Assembly: GCF_006345805.1 (NCBI RefSeq)
Contig: NC_043001.1
Coordinates: 90,892,001-90,956,000, forward strand
Direction of reading: 5' to 3'
Source: Octopus sinensis
Taxonomy: Eukaryota
Length of the DNA stretch: 64,000 nt
The notes beneath the pieces were generated by a model that saw only the letters and a list, made by a program, of their open reading frames with translations, made no database searches and was not told the DNA's origin. How positions within the stretch are numbered: the stretch's first letter is position 1; the number at the start of each line of letters is the position of its first letter. Position numbers and translations under genes: made by a program. Below are positions 49,176 through 63,990 of the stretch, in pieces.

Positions 49176-49619
49176 AGTCACAATGTATGGATTCAAACTA
49201 ATCCGATGGTATTCACAAAAAAAGTTCCTTAATGTATCATGCTACAAAACACATAGGAAAACCTAACAAGTGTATAGAATTATAAATAAAGAGAGAAATA
49301 TACTGTGATAAAAATTGATTTTGTTATTGGATATTCATATTTAACAATTATTTCACAGCTTAATAAACATGTATAAATAATTTATTTTATTATATTTTAT
49401 GATAAATGATAAATTACTTACATGTCTCTATTAATATATTTACAATTTTTAAATTGATGCAGATATTAAGAGTAAAAGAATATATATACATATAAAATAG
49501 TGATTTGATGAAGATCTCAAGTATTTTCCATAAATGGCTTATTCAACTAGTCTACTCTTTATGTATGGAGTCCCACCATCAGTAAATATGTTTATTCCTT
49601 TTCAACAAGTTCATTTGCA

Positions 49620-50100
49620 ATTATGAGGTTTCAATGGAAGGACTATATTACCAATGAAGAAGTTCTGCTCTGGGCCTGACTGCCCAGCATTGAAGTTAGC
49701 ATGACACCACCTCCACTGGTCAGGACATCTCATATGTATGCCTCAGACGTGCCTCCCCACAATCACCTTTTTGAGGAGTTGGCCTCAGGCACCAGACCAT
49801 ATGGAAGCTCCCAATTCCGTTTCTGAGACCAGCTCAAGGTCACTCTTCTCCACCACTCCATTGACTCAAATGCTTGGGAGACAGTGCCAAAGAGATGGCA
49901 TGTCAGACCAGATGAAAAATAACAGATGTCAAGAGGCAAAAATGCAAAGATTGACTTGCACATCCTTGTCTCCTGCCAACCTTCTTCTGGGATAAGTGCT
50001 CCCACCACCGACTCTTCTATACTGTCCTTGGCCTATACAGTCACCTCAGACATTGGCATACTTCACACCCATCATGATGAAGTAGTTCAATTACTTGCTA
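49620..50100 (+). mobile_element. RTE (BovB-like) LINE 3' fragment
   Basis: W.DYITNEEVL..A.LPSIE, ELASG.RP.G, DQLKVTL, GLYSHLRH zinc-finger remnant, gatgaag tail. Confidence 0.8.
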
Positions 50101-50139
50101 GAGATTAACTACTCGGATATGAATTAATGCCGACAACCA

Positions 50140-50178
<39 letters not shown>

Positions 50179-51027
50179 ATTCTTTTATTCTTTATTCTTA
50201 TATATATATATATATATATACACATATATATGTAGCCGTAGAAACTTTATGTATGGAGTCCCACCAGTAAATATATATATATATGTAGCTGTAGAAACCA
50301 TGCCAAATCAGACTGGAGTCTGGTGCAGCCTTCCGGCTTGCTAGCCCTGGTCCAACCCATGCCAGCATAGACAATGGACTTTAAATGATGATGATGATGA
50401 TGATGTATCTCATGGTGATGATCACCAGCCTGTAACATCTATTTTTACATGCTTGCATGGGTTGGATTGAATTTGTTAGGGTGGATTTTCTACAATCAGA
50501 TGCCCTTTCTGTCAGCAACTCATCACATCTGTTTCCAAGTAAAGTAATTTTTCCCCATAATCAGGCATGTTTTCACAGAAGGTTGGAAACAAAATACACA
50601 GCTTGCGCGAAGGTAACATATGCACATACACAAAACACACACACACACACATGCACACACACACACACACACACACACAATTGTCAATTATGTCAATTAT
50701 TTTCAAATTTGAATGAAGTATATAATATTAATTATGTTTAAATTTCCATGAATTAGATTTTATTAAAAAAACAAAGATGGAAAAAATGTCTGAAGATGAG
50801 AGAGAAAGGAGAGAAAAAATAAGAACATGAATAAGAAAAAAAGAAGAATAGGTGTAAAGTTTATGGTAAAAATAATTAAGGTTCGTCGTGTATAAAAGTG
50901 AGAAAACTACTGGATGTAAAATAAATGTGAAGTGGAGAAATGTGTTTGAGGAATTATGGAAGATTTCTTGAATTAGAGAGTTTCAAATATAAACAGTAAT
51001 TTGGAGAAGTGAAAGCAAAATGGCAAG

Positions 51028-51042
51028 AGAGAGAGACAGGGG

Positions 51043-51137
<95 letters not shown>
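51028..51137. repeat. (GA)n microsatellite
   Basis: Direct inspection. Confidence 0.95.
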
Positions 51138-51140
<3 letters not shown>

Positions 51141-51599
51141 TAAGGAAATAAACATTTTGAGAAACATAGATGGTAAAGAACTAAGAAAAAAGAGAATATA
51201 AAAATAATAATGGTTTCAAAATTTTGGCATAAAGCCATCAATTTTAGTAGGAGGGGCATGGTTGGTTACATCGACCCTAGTGCTCAACTGGTAGTTATTT
51301 TATTGACCCTGAAAGGATGATTGGCTGAGTTGATCTGGGTAGTATTTGAACTTGACTGTAAAGAGCTAAAAAAAATTGCTGCTGACCATTCTGTCAATTT
51401 ACTCCCTTTTTTAATTTTTCCAAATTTTGGCACAAGGCCAGAAATTTTAGAAGGAGGAGTTAGTCAATTCCATTGACCCCATTTCTTGACTAGTACTTTA
51501 TTCTATTGACCCCCAAAGGGAATAAAAGCTCACTATTCTCATCCACCTTTTAGAAAATTTTCCTTTTCAAGTAAAACCTGAAAAGTTGATGAGGGCTTG

Positions 51600-52900
51600 G
51601 ACAAAGAGAAAGGGCTATTACGTGATGGAAATTTGAAGCTGGGTTTTTGCTTTACAATCTCTCCTGTTTAATTAAAGGATCCCAATGAACTATGCTTGGC
51701 CTATTGATAGCCTTGTATATTCCTTGATTCTTTGAATCATCTTATCTTCCAATATCATTCTATATCTATGATGTTGACTTTGTTCCACAGCATTTGTTGA
51801 TTCTTCCTTCTTTACAAATGTTTGATTTCTCTGCCAAACCACATATGGATTTATGATGCTCTTTTAATTTGACAAGGCTCCCACAGAAGAAGCCTTGTCA
51901 GTAGTTCAAGATTAAGTGAAATAGAATTATTCTTCAAGAATTCCTGTGATTAGTACCTAGTGGCTGGCTGAAGTGAAATGATGGGTAATCTCATGAAACT
52001 GCTGTTTTTTTACATCAGAGCAGTCTTCTTCTAGACGGATGCTGTGACAATAGCTAGAGGTCCCTCACTTCCAGTGGTTTTACTGTGTTCCCTGACACCA
52101 ACCAAGAGTATTTCTAAGTCTCTGTGCTCAGATGGAATGTCATCACATATGTTAGTTAACTCATAGCTGGGACCCTGACAGGTGCTACTAGTCTGAGTCA
52201 GAACAGACTTGGGAACAATCGTGTCTAAGAGGTAATTCCACACCTAGCTATGCACTGCCGTGAAGATGGTTACTGAAAGCAAACCCCTTGTACGAAGCAC
52301 CTGTGAATAAATGGGTTTTGAATTTACTCCGCCTGAGAACTTCATTCTTCGTATTTTCAGCTCCCTGAATCAACAGAATAATTATAATGGAAGAAGATAC
52401 CCCAAAAGTATCATAAAAACCCTCCTTCCATTATACATACATACATACATACATAATTAATGAACAGCACCAAAATACCTAAGCTAAGATTTGAAACTGA
52501 ATTCACATTTTTCCACACTGTCAAACAAGTTCTTGGCCTATTGTCTTAGCCTTTCAGTGCTAAGAAATTAATGAGAGTGAGTTGACATCAGATCTTTTTC
52601 GAGTTATTCGCAGGTCAAAACTGATATAGTGAAGGATCCTATTGTTCTTGGCTGACCTAATTAAATTAGAGAAGCAGATATCAGTTGACCTCATTCGGCC
52701 ATCCAGCATCAGGCTGAAGAGCAAGCTTTCTCTCTCTTGATTGACCTATCTTGTGGTCAAAGAGTAACTCTTCTCAGGATGTTGATCAACGCACGAAGCT
52801 AGTCCTCCCATAGTTGCTATCTGCATACATTCCTTTTATTTTGGATTTCTCGCAAGCAGTCACAGAAATGAAACTACTTACTATCATATGAAATGGACTG
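51600..52900 (+). mobile_element. Possible highly decayed Penelope-like RT remnant
   Basis: Frameshifted YDV.SLF.SI-like motif at ~51767 and GYP..II-like motif near 52390; weak. Confidence 0.3.
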
Positions 52901-53010
52901 GAGATCTACAAACAAGCTGTGTATATACAAGCAGCTTGATGAAGTTGTATATATCTTATACATTGTAACGACTAATATTATTATCATCTTAATAAATGGC
53001 CATTTTAAAA

Positions 53011-54200
53011 CACTGGTCAACAAAATTAAATGTATTACACTCATTATCAATACAAACCAACTTTTTTAGACTAATTTTTCAGGCTGATTTCAAAATTTCA
53101 CTCCATTTGTATGCAACATGTATCAGTTACATGTTTGTATACATGAAGTCATTAACGTAATAAATAAGGACGTATTATTTTTAGAAAGTAAATGGGTTTA
53201 TTGAGTTAAAAATAATCACCATCATTCTACAAAGAGTGAATACACAAAAAATGGGTCAAACAAAACAAAATTAGAACAACAGAGTTAGAAACATTGTAAA
53301 TTGGATATCCTGCAGTGTTCCTGATCTGGTTGACCACGGTAAAGTGTCCAGCAGTAGTCAGCCAGCATTCTGTCATTCTAGAAGTCTTGGTACCATTTCT
53401 CCATAGCACTAATGTCCTGGTGAAATCTTTCATTATGTTCATCAGACACTGCTCCAGATGGGAGTCCAAGAAGTGAACCTTCAGTGACATATGACAACCC
53501 ATTGCTGAGTGACATTTCAGAAGATTCTTGATGCTATGCTTGTAGTCCATTGCCTTTTTGTTACCCGAGAAATTCTCACAGATCCAATTGAAAGCATTCC
53601 AGGCAAGCAGTTCCAGTTCATCCAGTGTTGTCTTGATGTTCATAGTACTTATCTAATTTGGGGTTTGACAAAGATACCCTCTTTCAATTTCGCCTGTGTG
53701 ATTTTGGGTAACTTTTCTACAATATACTCAAAGCCTCTGGCATTTCTCTTCCCTAGTGTCTTTACAAACTGTTTCATCAGTCCAAGCTTTATTTACAAAG
53801 GAGGCAATAGGACATTACATGGATCTACAAGAGGTGTATACTTGACGTGAGACAGTCCTGGCTGGTATGATGTTCTTGTCTCCAGTTTGATTCCGAATAA
53901 TGTCTGTCAGTTGCCTGACTATCCCATAGACACAAGAAACAACAGTATTTTGTGAAACCTGGTCGCATTCCCATAAACATTCCAATGACTTTTAAACCTC
54001 CACATATTGTCCATGAGTAGCTTTCATAGGCATTTCATGAAGTAAAAGCTCTATATTCTCATATGATCCATGAAGATGACTGGAGTGTGTAGTAGGTATG
54101 GAGGGTTTGAAGTTACCAATATAGAGAAGTACAGCTTTTAAACTTCATTTTGAAGAGTCAATAAACAAATGTCATTCTCTGCAGGATCATGATTTTATGA
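53011..54200 (-). mobile_element. Chapaev-type (CMC superfamily) transposase relic
   Basis: Minus strand: LFIDSSK.SLKAVLL, FTKYCCFLCLWDS, LLPPL.IKLGLMKQFVK, KEGIFV.PQIR, AWNAF...GNKK, GCHMSLKVHFLDSHL, RFHQDI; terminus CACTGGTCAACAAAA at 53011. Confidence 0.8.
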
Positions 54201-54204
54201 TAAT

Positions 54205-54998
54205 CATTCGAAAAGTCCGTAAATTGATCGGATCACTTTATGAGGTAGGATCTCTGTGAACTGCCATTTGCCACTTCAGATCTGAAATCAACTTGCAAGT
54301 CCTTTCAAAAACTACTGTACACACGTCGAATAACCCTGTCTAGGAGGAAAAACGTTGCATGCATTTGCTCTTTCATGGAGCTTCAGATGGTTGACATACT
54401 CAGCCTTGGAAAGAAGTACATGACCACATATTTCACACCTCCAGCGTCTTATGTTCTCAATGATGGTCTGATGACTGCCCCACCGAAACCAGCGCTTTAG
54501 GCTTTCCTGCTCAAGGAAACCTTCGTCAAAAGTCATACAACCATCCCTTATACGGTTCCTCCACCTATTTCTTTCCAAAGCTAGAGCTCTTCCCAGTTGT
54601 TTACATCAAATTCCTTCAGAGTGCCTTTTATGCAGTCTTTATACCGTTTTGATGGTTTGTGCTGAGGACGTTTTCCAACGCGCAATTCACAAACAGCTGC
54701 TTTGAAATCTTATTAATTTCCAGAAGCACAACATGGTCTGCCTAACGCGCCTGAGTAGTTATGATGATTGACTGGATGTTTGTGCATCCTGCATTTGCAA
54801 GAATTTCTATGTCAGATGTTCTACTTTTCCACTTGATGTTGATTATGTGTTTCAAACATTTTTGATGAAAGCGCTCCTGACTAGGACAAATAAGTACAAA
54901 AGAACCGGTAGCGCGCAAGCCTTGTAAACGCTCAGCTTGGTCTTGTTAATGATGCTGAGATTTGCCAAGACTCTCTTTCAAGCTTTCCAAAGACTTCA
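54205..54998 (-). mobile_element. RTE LINE 3' fragment with C-terminal C2H2-like fingers
   Basis: KTKLSVYKAC, GKRPQHKPSKRYKDCIKGTLK, RNRWR, CEICGHVLLSKAEYVNHLKLH. Confidence 0.85.
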
Positions 54999-55599
54999 CA
55001 CACACACACATGCATACACATACATATATGTGTGTGTTTTGTGTGTGTGCGTGTACAATCTTTTACTCTTTTCAGTCATTGGATTACGGCCACGTTGGAA
55101 CACTGCATTGTAGGCTTTGGCGAACTAATAAGTCTTGTACTTTCTCTATTGGGCAGTTTTGCTGAACCGCTAGATTACAGGGACATGAAGAAACCAACAC
55201 CGCTTGTCAAGCAGAGACAAGCATAAACACAAAGACGCGCACAAATATCCTCATCCCTCACATAGATATACGACGGGATTCCACACCGTTTCCGTTTATC
55301 AAATTCAATCACAAGGCATTGGTAAAACCGGACATCATCAGGTACTGCTGTTGCTGTAATATGAAGTTGAATTATTTATTTGTATACAAAATACGACTTA
55401 AGATGATCACAGTGAACAGACCCGCCAAAGGGTGTCGGACCATACATCCGTTGTACGATGGACGACAGCATAGATGATTATACAAAAGTATCTCTTTAAG
55501 ACCAAGCTTATCAGAATAAACACTTTTAAAACTTTACTGTACCAGATGATAATATTTACTTGACGTCCAACATATTTTCGAAGCCACTTAACCACTTAA

Positions 55600-58040
55600 T
55601 TGTGTGAAACGAGAAGAGGCAAATAATATTAGCTTATCCAGTAAGGCGTTTGTAAGCGCTATTTTTGGAAGGCTAAGTCGATCAAAGATGCTTTGGTGGT
55701 ATTGGTTACACTGGCGTCCGGTGGACGACAGATAAGTGGTTCTCGTAGACCTGTGCTTCTCAAGCATTTTTTTCTCACGCTTCACTCACTGGCTTCAAAA
55801 AGCCAGCCTTGTTACGTTCTGCGTCACGTTGAATCTTCCCCAGAACTACGTTGAGGGTACACGTGTCTGTGGAGTGCTCAGCCACTTGCACGTTAATTTC
55901 ACGAGCAGGCTGTTTCGTTGATCGGATCAGCCGGAACACTTGTCGTCGTAACCGAGGGTTGTTAGTTATTCCCTCTCCGAAGTCATCGTCCTTGGTGACT
56001 TCAAATGATCATAACTTTTCATGGCTCTCACACTCATTCCATATCGATGCTGCCGATGCAGAAACCGAACTTTTGATTTTTTTTTTTTACCCTTTAAACC
56101 AACATATTTCAGCCCCCCAACTCGTATGTTGGACAGATACACAAACACCCGCAACACTTTTAATTTCTTTCTCACCTCAAAACCCAACATCTACCAAACT
56201 GCATCCATCTCTGTACCTTTCCGGTCAGGCAAGCACTGCTTGATTGCAACTGCCCAAGACACAATCACAAACCACAGTACAACCCTTTATCACCTCAGAC
56301 ACTATTGCATTTCAAGTCAGTCGACGTGTCAGAGATCCACCAGTTTTATGCTGTTTATTCCTGGCAGCACACTCACTTTATCCCTGAGCCACCAGAAACG
56401 GCAAAGTGGTTGACTGAAACCATATTTTAAGATATGTCTATGCACATCCCATACACAACACAAGCTCAAAGTTCCAAGTCTCCCACATTGTTTTACATGT
56501 AGCTGCGCAGCAACTGTTCGATAGAAAAAAAAAACCCTTACAACGCGTGGAGAATCTCAGCCCCCACCCCCACCCCCAAATTAAGTGGCGTTCACTCAAC
56601 AGCGCAACATTTCTAAGAGCGCCATCAGATATATAAAAAAATTAATTCGTGCATCACACAGACCTCAACCTTTCCTGTTTTCTACACCGAAACTGATCCT
56701 TTTGATGCCTATCCAAAAGGATCTCGTAAATTTTGCGCTGTTCTCTTTCCCCCTCTTCTAAACAATTATGGCTTCGTAAGCAGTACCCCACGTAGAAAGC
56801 CTGCTTTACATCTAATTTCACATGACACAACCTTTGTCAATCCTCTCCAAATGTATCCCCTTCCACGCCATCAAGCTCCTCTCATCACGTATACACGCGC
56901 TAAGATCGTAAATACGCCCAGATGTTTCTAACATAAAAAGCCACCGTTTTTGCCACTATCCTTTTCATTACACTCAAGGGTTTCACCATAGAATTTACTC
57001 TTATACTCAGCAAACACCGTAATATCTTCCTCTTTAAAGAGATGTACCCTGATAACGGAATAAATCCTAAAGCACGCCTCAGCGTGTCTCATTTCACAAA
57101 AAAAGGGAGAACAAAAAAAAGCAACCGCTCTAACTCACCAAACCTATCCACCATTACTCTCACCTCTAATATCTCTTGAGCTGGCAGAATCATTAGCACG
57201 CCGGATGAAATGCTTAGCGGTATTTCGTCTGCCGCTACGTTCTGAGTTCAAATTCCGCCGAGGTTGACTTTGCCTTTCATCCTTTTCGGGGTCGATTAAA
57301 TAAGTACCACTTACACGATGTGGTCGATGCAATCGACTTAATCCCTTTGTCTGTCCTTGTTTGTCCTCTCTATGTTTAGTCCCTTGTGGGCATTAACGAA
57401 ATAAATATCTCTTATCGTAATAGAGTCAGCTATTAACAATGACATTTTTCAACGCTTTGAGTCTGTCTGTCTGTCTGTCTCTCTTCCCTCAGCGATCACC
57501 TGTAAGGTTTCCGCAAAGCCAGACCCTCTGCAGATCCACTCTCTTATATCACGTACCAGTTGACTTTCGCTTTAGAAAAGTTCGTTGAAAGCAATGTTGT
57601 TGCCCAAGACTTTAGCATATAAATTTATCTATGGGTTCCCACCAAAACCTCCCGCCTATGGGCTTCAACATCACTTATCTCTTGGATCAGTAGCTTCTTC
57701 TTTGATCGCACCACTTAACGTGCAGGAACATATTTTATCCAACGCTCATTCAATTCTGGTGTTTTCCAATGTTCGATTTTGTTCTCGCACAATTCTAAAT
57801 ATCAATGAGTTTCCGGTTGCCATATCCAACTACAGTCAATCTTATGCAAATGGCAGGACCCTTCATTCCTTTCTAACCTTCCATAACTACGCATCATATA
57901 GATGCAACCTCGACACCACACGCCAAACCAGCGTTGATTCCATAAACAGATCAGAGACAGCGTCCTTCCGTGAATCTAAGTCAACATTGTCGACAGCGTG
58001 ACGATTGTCCTTCCTCATGTCAACTTATCTTCACAATAAA
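55600..58040 (+). mobile_element. CR1/Jockey-group LINE relic (AP endonuclease plus RT), interrupted by a SINE
   Basis: SEVIVLGDF.DHNFSWLSHS near 55980; SDH..GFRKARP.AD.LSY, VVAQDFS and YA..RTL of RT at 57490-57870. Confidence 0.8.
57178..57403 (+). mobile_element. Meta-domain-like SINE, young, with 10-bp TSD
   Basis: aatatctctt at 57168-57177 and 57404-57413; CpG-rich, consensus-like copy. Confidence 0.88.
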
Positions 58041-58290
58041 TAAATGTTATATTTATATACATATTCATTTATATAACTAAATATGTGTGTATGTATTTAT
58101 GTGCGTGTGTCTATGTATGCACGCATGTATGTATGTATGTCGACAGCGTGACGATTGTCCTTCCTCATGTCAACTTATCTTCACCATAAATAAATGTTAT
58201 ATTTATATACATATTCATTTATATAACTAAATATGTGTGTATGTATTTATGTGCGTGTGTCTATGTATGCACGCATGTATGTATGTATGT
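57989..58290. repeat. Tandem duplication, period 150 bp, ending in (TATG)n
   Basis: Copies start at 57989 and 58139; one visible mismatch (cacaata vs caccata). Confidence 0.95.
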
Positions 58291-58680
58291 ATGTATGTAT
58301 GTATGTATGTTCTCTTTTTAATTATTTGAAGTCTTCATATAAAGAAGCTGGTTTCTACCAAAAGATACAAAGCCCCATCAATGGAATGTACATAATAAAG
58401 ATAAGTCTTGCCTAATTTTACTGTTCTACTTACAGATTGTCTGTCTGTCTGTATATATTGCCACATATACAGTTTTGTGCAGTTCTAACCCCATCCGGTA
58501 ATTTTCTCTCATAATTTACTTTATAAGGCACTCATACATAATTTTACTGCGATACATCTTCGACAGTGTAGGTTAGAGTTATGTTAATGAATTTAAAAAG
58601 AAAATCTAGTTTTTCTCTCAGCAATTAAAGACAATTATACCTATTTAACCGTTCAGTAACTCACATATGATTATTACACT

Positions 58681-58759
58681 CTGCTATAGCCCCGGGCCGA
58701 CCAATGCCTTGTGAGAGGATTTGGTAGACGGAAACTGAAAGAAGCCTGTCGTATATATG

Positions 58760-58806
<47 letters not shown>

Positions 58807-59012
58807 TTGTCCCCCTAGCATTGCTTGACAACCGATGCTGGTGTGTTTACGTCCCCGTCACTTAGCGGTTCGGCAAAAAAGACCGATAGAATAAGTACTG
58901 GGCTTACAAAGAATAAGAACCGGGGTCGATTTGCTCGACTAAAAGGCGGTGCTCCAGCATGGCCGCAATCAAATGACTGAAACAAGTAAAAGAGTAAAGA
59001 GTAAAGAGTAAA
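58681..59012 (+). mobile_element. tRNA-derived SINE family A, 5'-truncated, with (AGAGTAA)n tail
   Basis: Family sequence with CpGs retained; tail aagagtaaagagtaaagagtaa. Confidence 0.88.
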
Positions 59013-59512
59013 TATAAAAAATGCATGGCATCTCATTTGATATTCCTAATCATCAACATGAAACTGAAAGTTATGATGAAAAAAATATTCACGCCATTAC
59101 ATTTAGCCAAAATGAAATATGTTGGATGATATTGTGAAATGTTTTCAGTTCCTTATATTACTGTTTTCATATAATTGTTATTCTTCTTATTTTGCCATCG
59201 TTATTTTGTACATCGATCATCTGCAACTTATTGAATTGTTAAAATGTATGGATTTCCAACCTTTCTGAAAGAAACTTTGTAATGGTTTTCAACAATGCAA
59301 TCACAATCTACACATTCGAAAATGTTTCCAAGCAAATTTCGTTAAAAAAATATGCATAATTAGGAGTGATATTAAGCTTATACATACATATCGTGAAATA
59401 AAGTGTCTTGCTCAAGAACACAACACGCAGCCCGGCCAATGATTCGAACTCACAAATTCGCGATCGTAAGCTCGACCCTCTAACCACTGAGCCATGCGCC
59501 TTCATGTATATG

Positions 59513-60546
<1,034 letters not shown>

Positions 60547-62077
60547 CTCTTATGGGCTGGACTTCACTACCTCATATGTTCTTAAAATTTAAATCTACAT
60601 CTTTGTCTGTATATCTACCTTCTCTATAATGTTGCTACTTTTATATTAATGGAAAACCTATTTAATTGGCTGATGGGCACTCAGCATCTTAAATCTGATG
60701 TAATACTTACAACTTTTAATAAAATGAAGTAGTGCGAAACAATTGTACCAAATTACCGGAGTCATTCTTGTTGCTTATTTTGATTATATATATGTATGTA
60801 TATGTTTGGCTGTGTTTGTCCCCGCTACGTTACTTCACAATGTTCGTGTGTTTACGTCCCCGTAACTTAGTGGTTTAGCAAAAGAGACCGATAGAATAAG
60901 TACTAGGCTTACAAACAGTAAGCCAAGGGGTCAATTTGTTCGATTAAAGGCGGTGCTCCGGCATGGTCGCAATCAAATGACTGAAAGAAGTAAAAAAAAA
61001 GAAAATAGAAAAAAGATACACTTCACACGCGCTTGCGCACACTCATGCACACACACACACACACACACACACATACGCACACGCGCACGCGCACGCTTAT
61101 ATATAGGTCAGTAGTTCATATATCTGAAAAAGAAGCACACTGTAAAATATTATTTATGGCCGGTCAGCGAGTGACCATTAGTTTCGCACCTATAAAGCGC
61201 TTAAGACAGGTCACGTGCCTCCAGCCATTTGAGTCTGACGAGTCGCCTATGCAACTAAGCGCTTTTATAGATCCGGCAAAAGAGACATGTAGAATAAGTG
61301 CTAGGCTTGAAAAAAGGTACTGGGATCGATTCGTTCGACCAAAAACCCTTCAAGGCGGTGCCCCAGCATGGTTGCAGGCGAACGATAAAAGAAGGTATTT
61401 AGACATCCAGATATGACAGCCACTGTATCTGTAGTATTAAATAGTACCTTTATCTCTGTGTGCGTGCGTGTGTGTGTGTGATGTGTGAGTGTGTATGTGT
61501 GTGTGATCTCGATTCCTGGACTGAGCAATGCTTTGTGTTCTTGCGCAGAACACTTAACTTCACAGTACTGTAGTCTACTCAGCTGGCAAAAATAACGAAT
61601 AATTCTGCAAATGTCCTGTCCAAAGAGAGATATTATGTACAACACAAAATCCAGAAACTGGCTTTGTGAGCCTATGGCTTGGGAAGGACCTTTAATCCAT
61701 TTGTTTGCGTGTGTGAGAGAGTGTGTGTACAAATCGGAAGTAGCGACGGTCAGTGTATATAAAGAGCTGGGACACGATCGTCGACACACACACACACACA
61801 CATGTCTGTATATTATCAATTGCAGATAGTGTATATTTTTTGCTTGTTCGCCGGTTCGCTGCCGAATAGCGCTTTGGGTACGACTCCCTCTGAGCACCGG
61901 ATGTTGAAATACCATTTGCTAGTAGTGTACGACGACGTATATGTATATATGGATATGCACATGTGGTGCATTTAATTTTAGTGATTCATAGCATAGAGGA
62001 TGTTGAAAAAGTATTAGTAAAAGAAAGGGAGTGATTATTAAAAAAAAAAAAAAACCGTTTGAGAGGCACTGCGCTAA

Positions 62078-62462
62078 TCTCTCTCTATATAAACGGCAGT
62101 TTGTCTGTGCGTGTTTCTGTGTGTCTGTTTGCTTGTACCCTCACCCTGACCACGGCTTTCAACCGATTCTGATGAAACTTGACACACACATAGCCCAATG
62201 TCATAATTCAAAACTAACGTAGCGAAAATTTTGAAAAGTTCCCCCAGTTCTGAAAAAAAATCGATAAATTCGACATGGGGTCGAGAATCAGAAACACAAA
62301 CCGCAAACTGTCTAGGGGACGCAACTCCACCTTTTTTCACTCTCAAAAAAAATTTACCATCATTTTTTTCCATTTTTTTGCTATTTTTTGGCTATAACTC
62401 TCTAAAAATGCTTTATAGTTATTTCCCTTACAAACCTGAGCAACGCCGGGCGATACTGCTAG
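62078..62462 (+). mobile_element. Non-autonomous Helitron (DINE/HINE-like), complete
   Basis: Inserted between A and T; 5' TCTCTCTCTATATAAA, ccgattctgatgaaactt block, 3' hairpin + CTAG. Confidence 0.85.
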
Positions 62463-63959
62463 TCTATTATATTTGGTGAGACATTTCCGAGCTCTTACGC
62501 GAAACTGTTGTTTCATCCCCAGCGCACTTGTAATAATAGATATCAATGAAAATCTACGGCAGTGATTTTCTATTAGTTCACCATAGACGTTCTCTTTTTC
62601 TCTAGTTTCACAAGGAACATTTACAATCATAGGGCAGTTGATCTCTATTACAGTGCATGATTTTTGTTCCCTATCTTACAGAACAATATCAGACCAATTG
62701 CATTTGTACATTTTATCAAAAATATTCATTTCACAAACTCCGGAAACTGATATTATTCTTGAAATTGTGCCTCGTATCATAAACCTCAAAGTTAGCATTT
62801 ATTCATTCAATAAATAATTTTTTTACATTACGTATACAGAATAAACTGCAAGTTTTGCAAATAGCGAATTAAAACTTAAAATGAAAACATTGAAACGAAT
62901 ATATATTAAACTATCATTAATGAAAATAGAGGTGAGAGACTGTTGCAAATGAATAATATTGTTTATTAAGCATTAAAATCTACTCTGCAGTGAATGCAAC
63001 GAATATTTAAATTAGTGAAAAACTTGTAGTCCAAATATTCAATAAACTTCAGAAATCGAACACACAGGAAATTTCTTGGAAAATGAATTTATAAAAAAAA
63101 TTTCCAAACGGTCAAGCCTTTATTAATTGCTTTCTTTTAGTAACTGTTACATACCTAATTAATTAACAGCTTTCTCCATGATAATATAGATCAGTGGCGA
63201 CGCTTAACCCGAGTATAAATTAGTCAAGTGAATTGTATTTGCAAGCTGATTTAATTTCTAGCTACACTAGCTTCAAGTATGTAATTGCAGCCAATAACTC
63301 GGGCTCCTTTTACTGAGCCTGGTTGCAGTTCTTAATTTTTGGTCAGCGTCTGGGGATGTCTTAGAAGTACCCTGTGTCAAAAAATATTCGTAGCAGACAT
63401 TCTCTCGATATCGTTCACACACACCTAGCTAGGGTTCAGAAGTTACAGCCCGAGTTGTTACCTATAATCGTAAAAATTAAAAGTGATTCAAATTCAACGT
63501 TTTCTTGAAAGGATATATTTCTATAGAGATTGGCATTTAAATTCTAATCTATGAAAAGTTTCCATTCTACAATATTCTTTAAGAAACGAAAATTTATCTA
63601 GGAAACTCAGGCTGATACGAACAAGCCTAGTAAGTGTAAAAAATTAGCTGGCATCTCTTTTCAAGTGTACACGCGACAGTCAGATCGTTAATGTTTGTTG
63701 TGCACTTCGCTGTCGTTATTTGATTGCTGTTATTCTGTGCGTCTGTGTGCAAAGATCAGTTGTGTCTTGCAGGGTTGTCTTATTTTAACCATTAACTTAG
63801 AAATTGAGAAAGACATAGTGTTAGATATAAAAAAATAAGTCATTTGGGGATAGAAAAAAAGCAGAAAAATGTGAAATTCTTCGAGCAGGCATGTGACTTT
63901 ATGCGAAATCTGTGATGAGCCCGAATGACGCTGATGACCTGGAGTCACCTCTGATATGG

Positions 63960-63990
<31 letters not shown>

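Noticed and set aside
57585-58001. 138-aa ORF as a host gene
   Set aside because: Frameshifted mosaic of LINE reverse-transcriptase sequence.
59400-59505. tRNA-like sequence on the minus strand with A and B boxes
   Set aside because: No paired acceptor stem, and it continues into the ttgtgttcttgagcaag SINE body; it is a SINE head.
63912-63954. C/D snoRNA-like boxes (GTGATGA...CTGA)
   Set aside because: Only 43 nt with no terminal stem; too short.
63640-63960. Possible promoter or first exon (TCAGTT, then ATG AGC CCG AAT GAC...)
   Set aside because: Frame runs into (TATG)n at the window edge with no donor site or homology.
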